A stretch of 64,000 bases of DNA from a virus (lineage: Duplodnaviria > Heunggongvirae > Uroviricota > Caudoviricetes), in IMG/VR virus record IMGVR_UViG_3300010049_000010, positions 749 through 64,748 of that record. One strand, written 5' to 3'. The notes beneath the pieces are model-generated. The model saw only the letters and a program-made list of their open reading frames with translations, was not told where the DNA came from and did not search any database. Below are positions 9,231-19,600 of the stretch, piece after piece. The translations under genes were made by a program, and so were the position numbers. How positions within the stretch are numbered: the first letter of the stretch is position 1; the number at the start of each line of letters is the position of its first letter.

Positions 9231-9823
9231 TGAAATATTGGAATGATGATTACGCTACAAGATTACAAGAAAGTGAACCGTTTGGCGGGTATAGATTAAG
9301 AGAAGAAAATCCTCCTCAAACAGGGCAACAACCAGCAACTTCTCAAAATAATAAACCGCAAGAAAAAAAACAGCAAACAAATGAACAACCAGTTCAAAAT
9401 CATTTCTGTTTTTTTATTGTAAATATAAAAACGAATAAAGTAGAAAAAGCGGGTGAAATTATTGGCATTGAAGAAAAGAAAATTACGTTAAAATTATTTG
9501 ATGATGCAAATAATATAAAAGAAGAATATAGTAATCCAGAAGGATTTAATATTTCTAATATAAAAGGAATTAGAAAAGTTAACATTCCTAATGCAACAGT
9601 TCGTTCTCTTTATATTGTAGAATTTTCAGAAGATATAAAAAATATGAAACAGAAATTAGGTATTAAATCTGTTACAGATAAAAATAAAATTAAAGCTTCT
9701 TTTAAAGATTTAGAAAAAAACTTTAATAATGAAAATTGGGCAAATGCGATAGCTGATACAGCTATAGATGCGGGGCTCGGAGCAAGATCAGGCGGACCAG
9801 CCTTACAAAAAACTTGGTATTAG
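9230..9823 (+). CDS. Hypothetical protein, possibly head-internal
   Basis: TAATG-coupled; N-terminal RLQES and RLREE sites; Q/N-rich linker. Confidence 0.6.
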   Translation: MKYWNDDYATRLQESEPFGGYRLREENPPQTGQQPATSQNNKPQEKKQQTNEQPVQNHFCFFIVNIKTNKVEKAGEIIGIEEKKITLKLFDDANNIKEEYSNPEGFNISNIKGIRKVNIPNATVRSLYIVEFSEDIKNMKQKLGIKSVTDKNKIKASFKDLEKNFNNENWANAIADTAIDAGLGARSGGPALQKTWY

Positions 9824-9831
9824 GAGGATTA

Positions 9832-11442
9832 ATGTTTTTAACAAGTAAAGATTATAATATAGAAGATTTTTTACAAAGTCTAGGCTTTATATGTCCACAG
9901 GGATATAACGTAGCCTATTTCATAACGCCGCCTGGAAATGAGATTGCGCTTCCACAAGGAGCTCCATTTACAGTGCAGCAATTAAAAGACATGCCTCCTG
10001 ATGAGTCACAAGTATATATGCAAAATCCTCCAGCTCAGAAAATAGATCAAGCTGTAACGCCTGCAGAGTTCTCAGTTTGGGAACCTGGTGAATTAGGAAG
10101 AAGACAACCAACACCTAACATATTACCTGACATTACTGATCCTGGTGAACAAGAATTAGGAAGTCCATTTGTTAAGATGCTTTCTGAATCTAGGACTTAT
10201 GGCACTGATGTTCAACTTACGGAGAACTTTGGACCGTTTCCAAAAAATACATTGTTTCATTGCGTACCTAATAAATTATTAGAGTTTGGTGGAAATGAAT
10301 CAAATATTAAATGTGTAAATTGCTTAAATGGTACAATGTTCAAAATGGTTAAAGGATTACCTTTATGTGAAGAATGCTATAAAAGAAGATTTTTAATGAC
10401 TGAAGGAAAAATTGGAGACGCATTTTATAATAATCTTCCTAGTTGGGTTAGACCAGAACGCACAATACCTGGAACTATTGGAGGGGCTTTATTTGGATCG
10501 GGAGGGATTTCTAATTTAGTAGATGATTTAGGAGACCCTAGAAATGCTGGTTGGAATAGTAAAGATAAAGCAACGAGAGATTCTGTAAATATTGTAAGAG
10601 GGCGGCCAGAAGGTTATAGTCCTGCTGCATTAGCTGCATATAATAAATATAGAGACAGAGAAGACGCTTATGAAGCTGAACAAGCGGAAAAGTCTAAGAA
10701 TAAAGCGATTGCAAGAAATGCTAGATGGGAAGAAGGTAATCCAACATTTGGAGATAAAGTTGCTAGAACATTTAATTGGGATGAAGACGACGCAAAACAT
10801 ATGTCAGGAAATGCCAGAAAAAATAGAGTAAAAGTTTATGATAGACCGGGATTTTTTGGCTCACAACAAGCTGATATGTCAGCTAATTTTGACAGAGAAA
10901 TGTTAGAGATAGAACGAAAAGAATCTGGTGGACAAATGGACTTATTTGAATCCCTTGAAGATTTTGAACTCAAAGATATCGGCAAAAATCTTAAGAAAAT
11001 GTTTACTGGACACGGTTCAGATAAATGGCGAGTTAAAATGTTTGATAAAATTGAAGAATTATCAAATAATAATGAAATTACGCCTGATCAAGCTAAAGAG
11101 TATTTTGACAGAGTTAACGCAAGGGATGAAGAATTAGAATATGAACTTAAAACTTTATATGAAGCGGGATTTTTTGTGCCAGAAAAAGATAAAATTAGGG
11201 CTGAAAAAAAAGCTGAAAAACAATTAGCAAGCCGAAGAAAAAGAGGTGGAGGATTTGTTCCTGGGGATATCGTAAAAACACCATTAGGAATTGGTTACAT
11301 TTGTGGAGAACCTGATACTTTTTTTGATAATTTTCCAGTTCAATCATTTGATCCAGAAACAGGAAAAAAAGGTGAAGCTGGCTTTTTTAAGAAAAGACAA
11401 TTAGAATTGATAGAAAAACGTGACAAGAAAAAAGAATGGTAA
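9832..11442 (+). CDS. Multidomain putative internal head protein
   Basis: The start is refined to the ATG at 9832 (AGGAGGA SD). Repeated LxE junctions (LSES, LTEN, LCEE, MTEG, LFES), a CxxC...CxxC pair, and a C-terminal KOW/SH3-like segment (FVPGDIVKTPLGIGYI). Confidence 0.5.
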   Translation: MFLTSKDYNIEDFLQSLGFICPQGYNVAYFITPPGNEIALPQGAPFTVQQLKDMPPDESQVYMQNPPAQKIDQAVTPAEFSVWEPGELGRRQPTPNILPDITDPGEQELGSPFVKMLSESRTYGTDVQLTENFGPFPKNTLFHCVPNKLLEFGGNESNIKCVNCLNGTMFKMVKGLPLCEECYKRRFLMTEGKIGDAFYNNLPSWVRPERTIPGTIGGALFGSGGISNLVDDLGDPRNAGWNSKDKATRDSVNIVRGRPEGYSPAALAAYNKYRDREDAYEAEQAEKSKNKAIARNARWEEGNPTFGDKVARTFNWDEDDAKHMSGNARKNRVKVYDRPGFFGSQQADMSANFDREMLEIERKESGGQMDLFESLEDFELKDIGKNLKKMFTGHGSDKWRVKMFDKIEELSNNNEITPDQAKEYFDRVNARDEELEYELKTLYEAGFFVPEKDKIRAEKKAEKQLASRRKRGGGFVPGDIVKTPLGIGYICGEPDTFFDNFPVQSFDPETGKKGEAGFFKKRQLELIEKRDKKKEW

Positions 11443-11486
11443 AGATATGACATATTGCTTTACTAAATTATATATAGGAGAAAATA

Positions 11487-14237
11487 ATGGCATTTAACAA
11501 TCGAAGAAGTTGGAGATTAAAATTTATAGATATTGACAACTCATTTGTTTTATCTACAAATGAAAGCCAAATTAATGGATATATCGTTGCTCGAGCACCA
11601 AAAGGAACTCAAAGAGCTACGTATTTCCCACAAGGAAGTGCGCAAGCGATTGACGCGCTTATGGGTGTTGGATCAGCACATTGGCCTGATCTATTAGAAG
11701 CTAAATCCTTCAATGCAGAATATCCGTTGTATATATCTGCGCCTCCTGGAACAAGTAATGCTTATCCATCTGAATTAGGTGGATTTTATGTGACTAAAAA
11801 TGGTATTTATAAGTTTTACGGAATCACTGATAAACAAGAATTAGCTGAAAATGTTGGCAATGCATTCAAAGTAAAAGTACAGCCTGGTAGGGAACAGTAT
11901 TTTGACAGCAGCTTTGTTGGTTCAAGAAAAACACAAATAGTTATACAATCTCCTGAATTAGAAGATTATGAACCAGTTTTAGATGAACCTGGGGCAGGTA
12001 TTTTTAAATTAAAAAAAGGACCAGCATTACTCTCTATTCAAAAAGACAGAAGACTTCAAGTAACAGATTTAGATTATGACATGATGAAAAACGGACAAGT
12101 TTCTCCAGTAGGTACGATTAAAACTTTCTGGGGTGATAATAGCTTGCCTGTTAATGAAAGACTTTGGACATTCAATGGAAACTTAGCAACAATGAATGAT
12201 TTTGGTATGAAATATGAAGGTGATGACGAAAGAAATCCATTAAAAGATTTTATCGGCGAAACTAATTACGATTATTTCTTCCCAGAAGGACCAGACTCAG
12301 TAGACATAAATAAAGAAGGTTTTATGAAACTTATGGTAGATGGTTTCTATCAAAGTGAAGATGAAGATGATAATAGAACTTTCTATATTCCATTTGGAAT
12401 TCAAGATAACTTATCATATCTAGTAACACTCAGAAATGACACATATGCATATTTTATGCAAAAAGGTTGTACAGAAGTTCCAACATCTATTAAGTTGTCA
12501 ATGATTGGCTATGACAAATATAGATATGATAGTATTTTCGCATTTGCTGCTTATGACACTGCGATATTTAAAGCTAATGACACTAAAGGAAAAATCAGAA
12601 TCGTAGCAGATGATTTAGATGCTGCAGATCAAGCAGCTCTTAATAAAGCAATGGAAGATAATGAATATGTAGCATTTTTTGATCCAGTTAGACCTGGAAA
12701 AATTGAAATGATTGGTCAATATGTTGACGGAGAAGATTCAGATGATGCTGCGCCTTATTATAAAGACGTAACTGGAAACTTCACAACAAGATATTTTACT
12801 TGTCAAACTTTATTAGGAAAAGGCGAAAAAGAAGTTTATCATAAAATATTCTATGTTGAATCTGCAAGTTCAATAAATCACGTTCTTACTGAAGAAGAAA
12901 ACGTAGCTCTTTATGGACAAGATGGACTTGACGCATATGTAAAAGGTATCGCACAAGGTAAATCTGCTCCAAAAAATATTTGGTTCAACGCGATGACAAT
13001 TTCTTGTTCAGAACAAGTATACGTTGGTAGAACTACAAGCGGCGGAGAATTCACAGGTTCATTAGATGAAAGAGGAACTGACTCATTTGGCGGTGGAATA
13101 TTCTTCCCAGAAATTTTACAAGATGACGACGTATCATTTATTGAAGTAAGAGTGCTCAAAAAATTCGGTGATGATCAAGAAGATTTAGATGAAACTGGTT
13201 TCTGGACACACAAACGAATTGTAGATCCATTTGATATTTCAGGAACTGGAAGTTCAATTTCAGAAAGAAACTTTACAATAGAAGGCGATAGATATTGCAC
13301 ACTCGTTATGACAATGAATTTGTTAGAACAAAAAACTGGCGGTATCTGGAGACAAGAATATTTCCAAATTATTAAAGACGGTATTATGGAAGGTATGTTA
13401 CCTGAATATGATGACGTAATGATTTATATGGAGCCAACTGGACAAGAATTTTATAAAACAGATTTAGCAGATTTAAGCAGATCTAATGAATTAGCAGCAG
13501 TTATATCTCCAAAGATTTTAACACCAAATAGTCGAGGTGTATTTACTAACCAAATGGCAGAAAGAGTAATAGTTAACGGCAGAGTATCTACATTATGTAA
13601 TGCTCAGTATGCTGGTGAGTTTGAATTCTATGATGCGATTACATTTAAGAAATACTGGTGCCAACCAATTGGCGATGTCGGTTGTAACTTAATGAGAATT
13701 ATTGAAAAGAAATACGGTGGTTGGGCTCCTGCTTGGACTAATATTGCTGGTGATCTTGGTGGACAACTTAAGAGATCAGTTATTAGATCAAGATATCAAT
13801 TTGAAGATGAAGCAACAAAAACTTTAGACACTAAAGGTATAAATCCAATCGTATTTACTTCAGATGAAGGACTTATGATAGTTTCACAAAAAACTACACA
13901 AGATCCAAACTTTATTTCTGACTGGTCATATCTTGGTCACGCATTATCTTTTATACTTGTAAAACGAGAAATAAGAGACAATGTAATGAGACCACAAATT
14001 ATGAAACCAATCAATGAATATTGGATGAGCTTAAGACAAACACAGGTTGAAAATATTCTTTCTAAGAGAACTGGCGGAGCAAGTCCAATTTGGGCAGTTG
14101 CAGAATGCGATATTCTTGGACAAAATAATGCCATGACTAAAGCAGCTAGAAACTTCGTTATTAAAGTAAATATCAAAGTTTATACATTCTCTGAGACAGT
14201 AACATTAGTAATCGAGTATATGCCACAGAGCGCATAA
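11487..14237 (+). CDS. Tail sheath protein
   Basis: The C-terminal sheath motifs GINPIVF...GLMIVSQKT, KPINEYW and NFVIKVNIKV...ETVTLVI match the gp18 family. SD AGGAG; own terminator. Confidence 0.85.
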   Translation: MAFNNRRSWRLKFIDIDNSFVLSTNESQINGYIVARAPKGTQRATYFPQGSAQAIDALMGVGSAHWPDLLEAKSFNAEYPLYISAPPGTSNAYPSELGGFYVTKNGIYKFYGITDKQELAENVGNAFKVKVQPGREQYFDSSFVGSRKTQIVIQSPELEDYEPVLDEPGAGIFKLKKGPALLSIQKDRRLQVTDLDYDMMKNGQVSPVGTIKTFWGDNSLPVNERLWTFNGNLATMNDFGMKYEGDDERNPLKDFIGETNYDYFFPEGPDSVDINKEGFMKLMVDGFYQSEDEDDNRTFYIPFGIQDNLSYLVTLRNDTYAYFMQKGCTEVPTSIKLSMIGYDKYRYDSIFAFAAYDTAIFKANDTKGKIRIVADDLDAADQAALNKAMEDNEYVAFFDPVRPGKIEMIGQYVDGEDSDDAAPYYKDVTGNFTTRYFTCQTLLGKGEKEVYHKIFYVESASSINHVLTEEENVALYGQDGLDAYVKGIAQGKSAPKNIWFNAMTISCSEQVYVGRTTSGGEFTGSLDERGTDSFGGGIFFPEILQDDDVSFIEVRVLKKFGDDQEDLDETGFWTHKRIVDPFDISGTGSSISERNFTIEGDRYCTLVMTMNLLEQKTGGIWRQEYFQIIKDGIMEGMLPEYDDVMIYMEPTGQEFYKTDLADLSRSNELAAVISPKILTPNSRGVFTNQMAERVIVNGRVSTLCNAQYAGEFEFYDAITFKKYWCQPIGDVGCNLMRIIEKKYGGWAPAWTNIAGDLGGQLKRSVIRSRYQFEDEATKTLDTKGINPIVFTSDEGLMIVSQKTTQDPNFISDWSYLGHALSFILVKREIRDNVMRPQIMKPINEYWMSLRQTQVENILSKRTGGASPIWAVAECDILGQNNAMTKAARNFVIKVNIKVYTFSETVTLVIEYMPQSA

Positions 14238-14248
14238 TTAAAAATTAC

Positions 14249-14273
14249 AGCCCTTCTTCGGAAGGGCTTTTTT
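14249..14273 (+). terminator. Rho-independent terminator with cUUCGg loop
   Basis: AGCCCTTC-TTCG-GAAGGGCT followed by TTTTT. Confidence 0.92.
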
Positions 14274-14302
14274 ATCATTAGATAAAATCACATCTAAATA
14301 AT

Positions 14303-14584
14303 ATGGAAAAATTAACGGAAAAAGAATGGAAATTCTGTAAAAAACTTAGATTAGATATAATGAAAATGTCGTCACTAACTGAACAATATAGACAAGATAT
14401 AATAAATTATATAATAAAGAAATGCAATAAAAAATATAAATGTGAAATTCAATTTAAAATGGATGAAAAAGATTACAAGATATATGAGTTTAAACTTAAT
14501 GAAAAGATAAATTATCTCGTATTTGATGTATTTGGAAAACAAACTGCAAATATAGTTCCAGCCGGCTGTTTAAAGATTGACTAA
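14303..14584 (+). CDS. Hypothetical basic protein
   Basis: 93-aa ORF preceded by TCTAAATA-AT-ATG. Confidence 0.6.
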   Translation: MEKLTEKEWKFCKKLRLDIMKMSSLTEQYRQDIINYIIKKCNKKYKCEIQFKMDEKDYKIYEFKLNEKINYLVFDVFGKQTANIVPAGCLKID

Positions 14585-14589
14585 ATAAT

Positions 14590-15864
14590 ATGCAAAATGC
14601 AGCAGTACAAATCACATTAAATATGGTCACTGAAATACCTGTTGATAGGTATGATGGATTTTTTATAAAATCATCTATTGAAGAAGGACTTCCTTATGGG
14701 TGGGTTAAAATTCTTGATCCAGAAGGAGTAACATTAGCTCAATTTGAAAATCTGCAAATTGGTGCCGACATTAATCTTAAATTAACGGACACACAAAATG
14801 ACTTAAATATATTTGATTTTCCTCAATTTAAAGTTTTATATATAGAAGATGATTGTGAACTCAATTATTCTATGTTTGCAGGCAGTATTACTATTTGGTT
14901 TGGACACCCCTGGTTTCTTTATAAAGATATTAAAAATCACGCATATAAACCTATGGACGCTTCTGAACTTATTAAGAAAATTTTAACTGATAGAAGTCGT
15001 GGAATGAGGTTTACTGTTAAAGATGAAAATTTTGATGTTTGTGATGAAACAGAAATTGGTTCTTTTAAAATATGTGAATCAGATTGGGATTTTATTCATA
15101 ATAAAATATTACCATATACTTCTATAAATCAATTACCTGTTCATTTCTTTTGTAATCATGATAATCAATTCTTTTTAAGATCATTTGAAAATATGTTTAA
15201 ACAAAATCCCAAAGCTCTTTTAATGCCTGCTGAAGAATTAATTGCTGATGAAGATAATGCCAAAAATATGAAAAGTATTATTGATAATAATAATTTATTT
15301 TCTACATTTCAAATTAATGCAGCGTGGATTAAAATTGGAAATGAAAAAATTATTAAAGAATTATACCCTTCTTTTTATTTTGAAAATCTAGTAAATAATT
15401 CATTCGTTAATGGAAATAAAAAGCCTGCAAATAAATTAATGGAAAGAAATGGGGCTTTATTTGGTAATATACTTCCTTTAGATAAAAAGTTTATGGATTT
15501 TAATGAAGGAACTTCAGTTAAAGTAATTCATAATAGACCTTTAATAAGTTCAATGATATTATTATTTCAAACATCTAAAATTATTGATAATATGTTTGAA
15601 ATAACAGTATCAACAAATTTTACTGGTGAAGCTTTATCTATAGGAGACACCGTACATATTTATGTACCTATATTTCAAATCGAAAATGAAAAAAAGAAAA
15701 GTTGGATTAATGGTAAATGGATGATTAAACAATTAGATTTCATGTCTAGTGATAATGATAGATGTATGATTATTACTCAAATGACTTTAATGAGACCATC
15801 ATTTGTGGGTGATACTCAAGACACAACATTATCTATGCATCGTAATTTATATGTGTCACCATAG
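14590..15864 (+). CDS. Baseplate hub protein (gp27/GPD/VgrG-N-like)
   Basis: ESDWDFIHNKIL matches the ESDxxF+xRL hub motif; C-terminal GDTV...GKWMIKQL; located between the sheath and a spike-like gene. Confidence 0.6.
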   Translation: MQNAAVQITLNMVTEIPVDRYDGFFIKSSIEEGLPYGWVKILDPEGVTLAQFENLQIGADINLKLTDTQNDLNIFDFPQFKVLYIEDDCELNYSMFAGSITIWFGHPWFLYKDIKNHAYKPMDASELIKKILTDRSRGMRFTVKDENFDVCDETEIGSFKICESDWDFIHNKILPYTSINQLPVHFFCNHDNQFFLRSFENMFKQNPKALLMPAEELIADEDNAKNMKSIIDNNNLFSTFQINAAWIKIGNEKIIKELYPSFYFENLVNNSFVNGNKKPANKLMERNGALFGNILPLDKKFMDFNEGTSVKVIHNRPLISSMILLFQTSKIIDNMFEITVSTNFTGEALSIGDTVHIYVPIFQIENEKKKSWINGKWMIKQLDFMSSDNDRCMIITQMTLMRPSFVGDTQDTTLSMHRNLYVSP

Positions 15865-15872
15865 GAGGAATT

Positions 15873-16658
15873 ATGTTTCAAGAATTTAAAAATGATCCTT
15901 TAGATATGCAAAAAAGGCAACAAATTAGTTTCTCAGATGAATTTGTTTTTCGCAAAGCTAGAATTTATAAATGCATGGGTCCTGAAGATGATAGACTTCA
16001 AGTGCAAGTATTGCCTGAATTACAAGGTATAGATGAAGAAGAAATGGATGACATGCCAATTTATCCATCATTTTATAAAGGCACTGTTATTGTTGGAAAA
16101 GATTATGTAACACATGGTGATTCAGCTGAATTTGTTTGGGTTATTTGCACTGCTGATTTACAAGTTGGATATATTTTAGGTAAATCTAACATATTTGGAA
16201 AAATGAATGAACCTTATGCAGGTAGTTATTCTTATAAAGATATAAGAGATTATATAGCTCAAAGACAAGCATTACCAGCTGATTTTGATTACAAGCATCT
16301 TATGGTGACTCAGTGGACATCAACTGATCAGGGTGGGATGTTTCAATGTTATAATTACATGACAGGTGATTGGTTCTTATTAAACACCTCAGGTTCAATT
16401 ATTACAGTTCAACAACAAATGATTTATATGAGAGTTGGCACCCCACCTGACCCGCCAGAATCAGGGCCTGCTGCATTTAGCGCAATAACGATTACATCAG
16501 ATATTTTAACGTTAAAATCTCCTAACATAGTTCTTGACGGACAAGAAGTTTCCCTCGGTAGTCACGGATTAAAATTAGCTGCGATGTTAGGATCAATACC
16601 GGCAACTACTGGAAACGGTGGTGGAATGGTATTCCCAATAAGCAATATTTCTACTTAA
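15873..16658 (+). CDS. Baseplate spike protein (gp5/gpV OB-fold-like)
   Basis: DDRLQVQVLPEL...VWVI...GYILG fits the gp5 OB-fold pattern, followed by short beta repeats; lies immediately after the hub-like gene. Confidence 0.5.
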   Translation: MFQEFKNDPLDMQKRQQISFSDEFVFRKARIYKCMGPEDDRLQVQVLPELQGIDEEEMDDMPIYPSFYKGTVIVGKDYVTHGDSAEFVWVICTADLQVGYILGKSNIFGKMNEPYAGSYSYKDIRDYIAQRQALPADFDYKHLMVTQWTSTDQGGMFQCYNYMTGDWFLLNTSGSIITVQQQMIYMRVGTPPDPPESGPAAFSAITITSDILTLKSPNIVLDGQEVSLGSHGLKLAAMLGSIPATTGNGGGMVFPISNIST

Positions 16659-19600
16659 GAATTATATAAATCGCTATTTAACTCTTTATTTAAAGCAGGT
16701 ATATTATCTAAACCAATTCCTGGGGTTGGTGCTTCTTGTTTATTTGTAATTGGGTAGATAGTGTGAGCCATTGGACCTAATAGTGAAACCATTGAATCAG
16801 TTGGAGGTTCAAACTCTGGTGATTCACGTTCTTCGATTCTTTTAATTTTTAATTTCTTTTTATATCCTTCTGCTCTAGGCCAAATTGATTGTGGTATTTC
16901 TACTGTCCAAAAATCTGCTCCTTGTTCTACTAAACATACAAGTTCTTCTGGAGCTAATTGTGCTTTACTATATTCTAAAAGATTTGAAGTATTCACATTA
17001 CCAAAAACATCCCATCTAATTGGCGTTTGTCCTATGTTATCTCCCCATTCAATATTTAATTTTAATGTGTCAAAATCTTTAATTGGACGCGCTCTCTTAT
17101 CTGTATTTAATCTATTCCAAGTGATATTTTTTTCATTCTCAGTATATTCTTGAGAAAATAATTGATATAATCCATCCTCTGGTTTATGAGCATATTTAGC
17201 TTTAAATTTTTGTCGACCTTTTTTACCTTTAACTTTTTTCATTATTTTTACATAGTTATTACCATTAGGATTTTCAGTCTTATATTTTGTATAAACATCT
17301 TCATTTACCCATTTTATTTTTATATAAAGTTTATTTATTCTATCATCTTCAAGACCTGCATTAGTTAAAACAGCATGTCTTTTAGCTTCAGTAGAATTTT
17401 GTAATTCAAAAAATGCTACTCTATAAATTGGATTTTTATTAAATAATTTTAATATATCAGGAGCTCTTCCATCTCCTACAGATTCATTACAAACCATATC
17501 CATAATAGATTCGAGACATCTCATTATCCACATAGTGCCGTCTTCTTTATTAAATCGCTTTGCTACAAAGAAAAATCTATAATTATATAATATGTTAAGA
17601 TATGCAAATAAAAATTCATCAATTATACTAACTTTTGTTGTTTCTTTAGTTAAGTTTATCAAATTAAATATTTCTTTAACATCATTATAACTCCATTCAT
17701 CTACATCTTTATAGCAATAACTAATAAGACCTAAAGTTTCAACATCTTGTCCATTTACTTTTTTAACTGAATCTTCTAATATGCTATTTAATATGCTTAT
17801 TTTAGATTTAATTGCTTCTAATATTTCATTTTTTGTGCGGTCTAAATCATCTTGTAAACCAAATAAATCTACAGCACATTCGGTCCAATAATTATATAAG
17901 ACATGCTCATAATCAACTGCGATAAATTCGCCAGTATCTTCCATTCCATTAGCTTTAATAACAGCTTTATCAACGCATTCAAATAATGCATAATGCAAAG
18001 TATTAAAATCTATTCTCTTTACTAAATCTCTTAAAAACTCAAAAGATGATATTTGGCCAGCAATAATAGATACTAAGTTTCTAATTGGATAATCTAAACT
18101 TATAAATGTTGCTTGAAATTGTTGAGGTGAATAAAACTTAGCTCTTAAATAAAGATTCATTATAGAATTTTTTAATTCAGGACTCATATCATGTCTCGTA
18201 TATTGAGCATTTGTTAAATTACTGATTACATCTAAATCTCTATTTAAAGATGATGGAATAATACTTTTAGTTTGAAATGGAAGATTCCTAATTGGGATAT
18301 CTTCACAAGTTTCATTTCCCATTAATAATTGTAAATAATATTTATAATCTGTTGTTTTAGCATATTCACCATCATATGTAACATCACCCCAACTATCTTG
18401 AGGCATACCAATTGGATGAGATTTATCTTCTACTCGTGGATAAACTCCCTGTAATGTAGATAATAAACCAACCCCTCTAATTAATCTATTTCCTAAACCA
18501 GACCAAGTTACACCGATATTTGCTTCTTGATTACTTCTAAGAGGTGCAGTTATAGTCGCTGCAAATTGTGCGTTAGCATTTTGTGGAGAATTAGGTACTA
18601 CCCCGTCTCCCTGAGGACCCCATCCACCACTTCCTAATCCAGTTAACTTTGTAAAAATGTCAGCAGCGCTACTCGCTACTTTAGCTAAGAAAGATTGTTC
18701 ATGCGTTATTATTTCTCCTGCATATTCTGTTTCATCCCAAAAAGAAGGCTCTTTAAATTTTTGAATAATGTGGTCACAATATAAAGAAGATTTTCTCGTT
18801 TCAGTCATATCTTGAATATGAAGTGGAACATGTAAACCTGTTTTAGTTTTATTGGTAAGAATTTCTTCATCTAAACCATCTTCAAAAAAATCAACATTAG
18901 ATAAGTCTACATTTATAAATGGAATATCAAAATATTCAATTGATTGTAAAGTTCTAACAGGACCTAATAATAATCGTTCTTTATATTCCCATCTTTCTAT
19001 AACATCTTGATAATTTAATACTTCACATTCAGCTCTGAAAATACTATGAGGTCCGCCGCCGCTTGAGTTTCCTTCACAAAAAATCATTGATACTCTTTTT
19101 TTATTCGTATTTTTATCATGATCAAGATTTATATCATAATCAAGAATATATTTCATAAATTCATGTTCTTTTTCAGGATCTTCAAAATGTAATACGAAAT
19201 GATACATTCCAATTTTATCTCTAAATCTTTGAGCTATTCCATATCCCTCTTCTTTCATTAATGTTGAATTTGCCCAATTATGAAATGCTTCAGTTTCATC
19301 TGCACTATACATCGTATGTAAAGTAATTCTCCAAGCTGCATCGGGCATATCATGGAAAATGTGATTATTGTAAGGGTCAACTGCTCTATACATATAAGTT
19401 CCCCATCTAACAGGCATTGGAACTCTAGTAACATAAACCATATTTCCATTTTCATCAGGTTCATATTCTGATGTATGCGTTACATTAAGATATGAGGTGT
19501 ATTCATACCACCAATCTGAATCAGTCCAAGGACTTTCTGTTCTGTTAATTACGCGATCAACCATTTTTACTTCACCAGAATAAGTTATTGGAAGTCTTTG

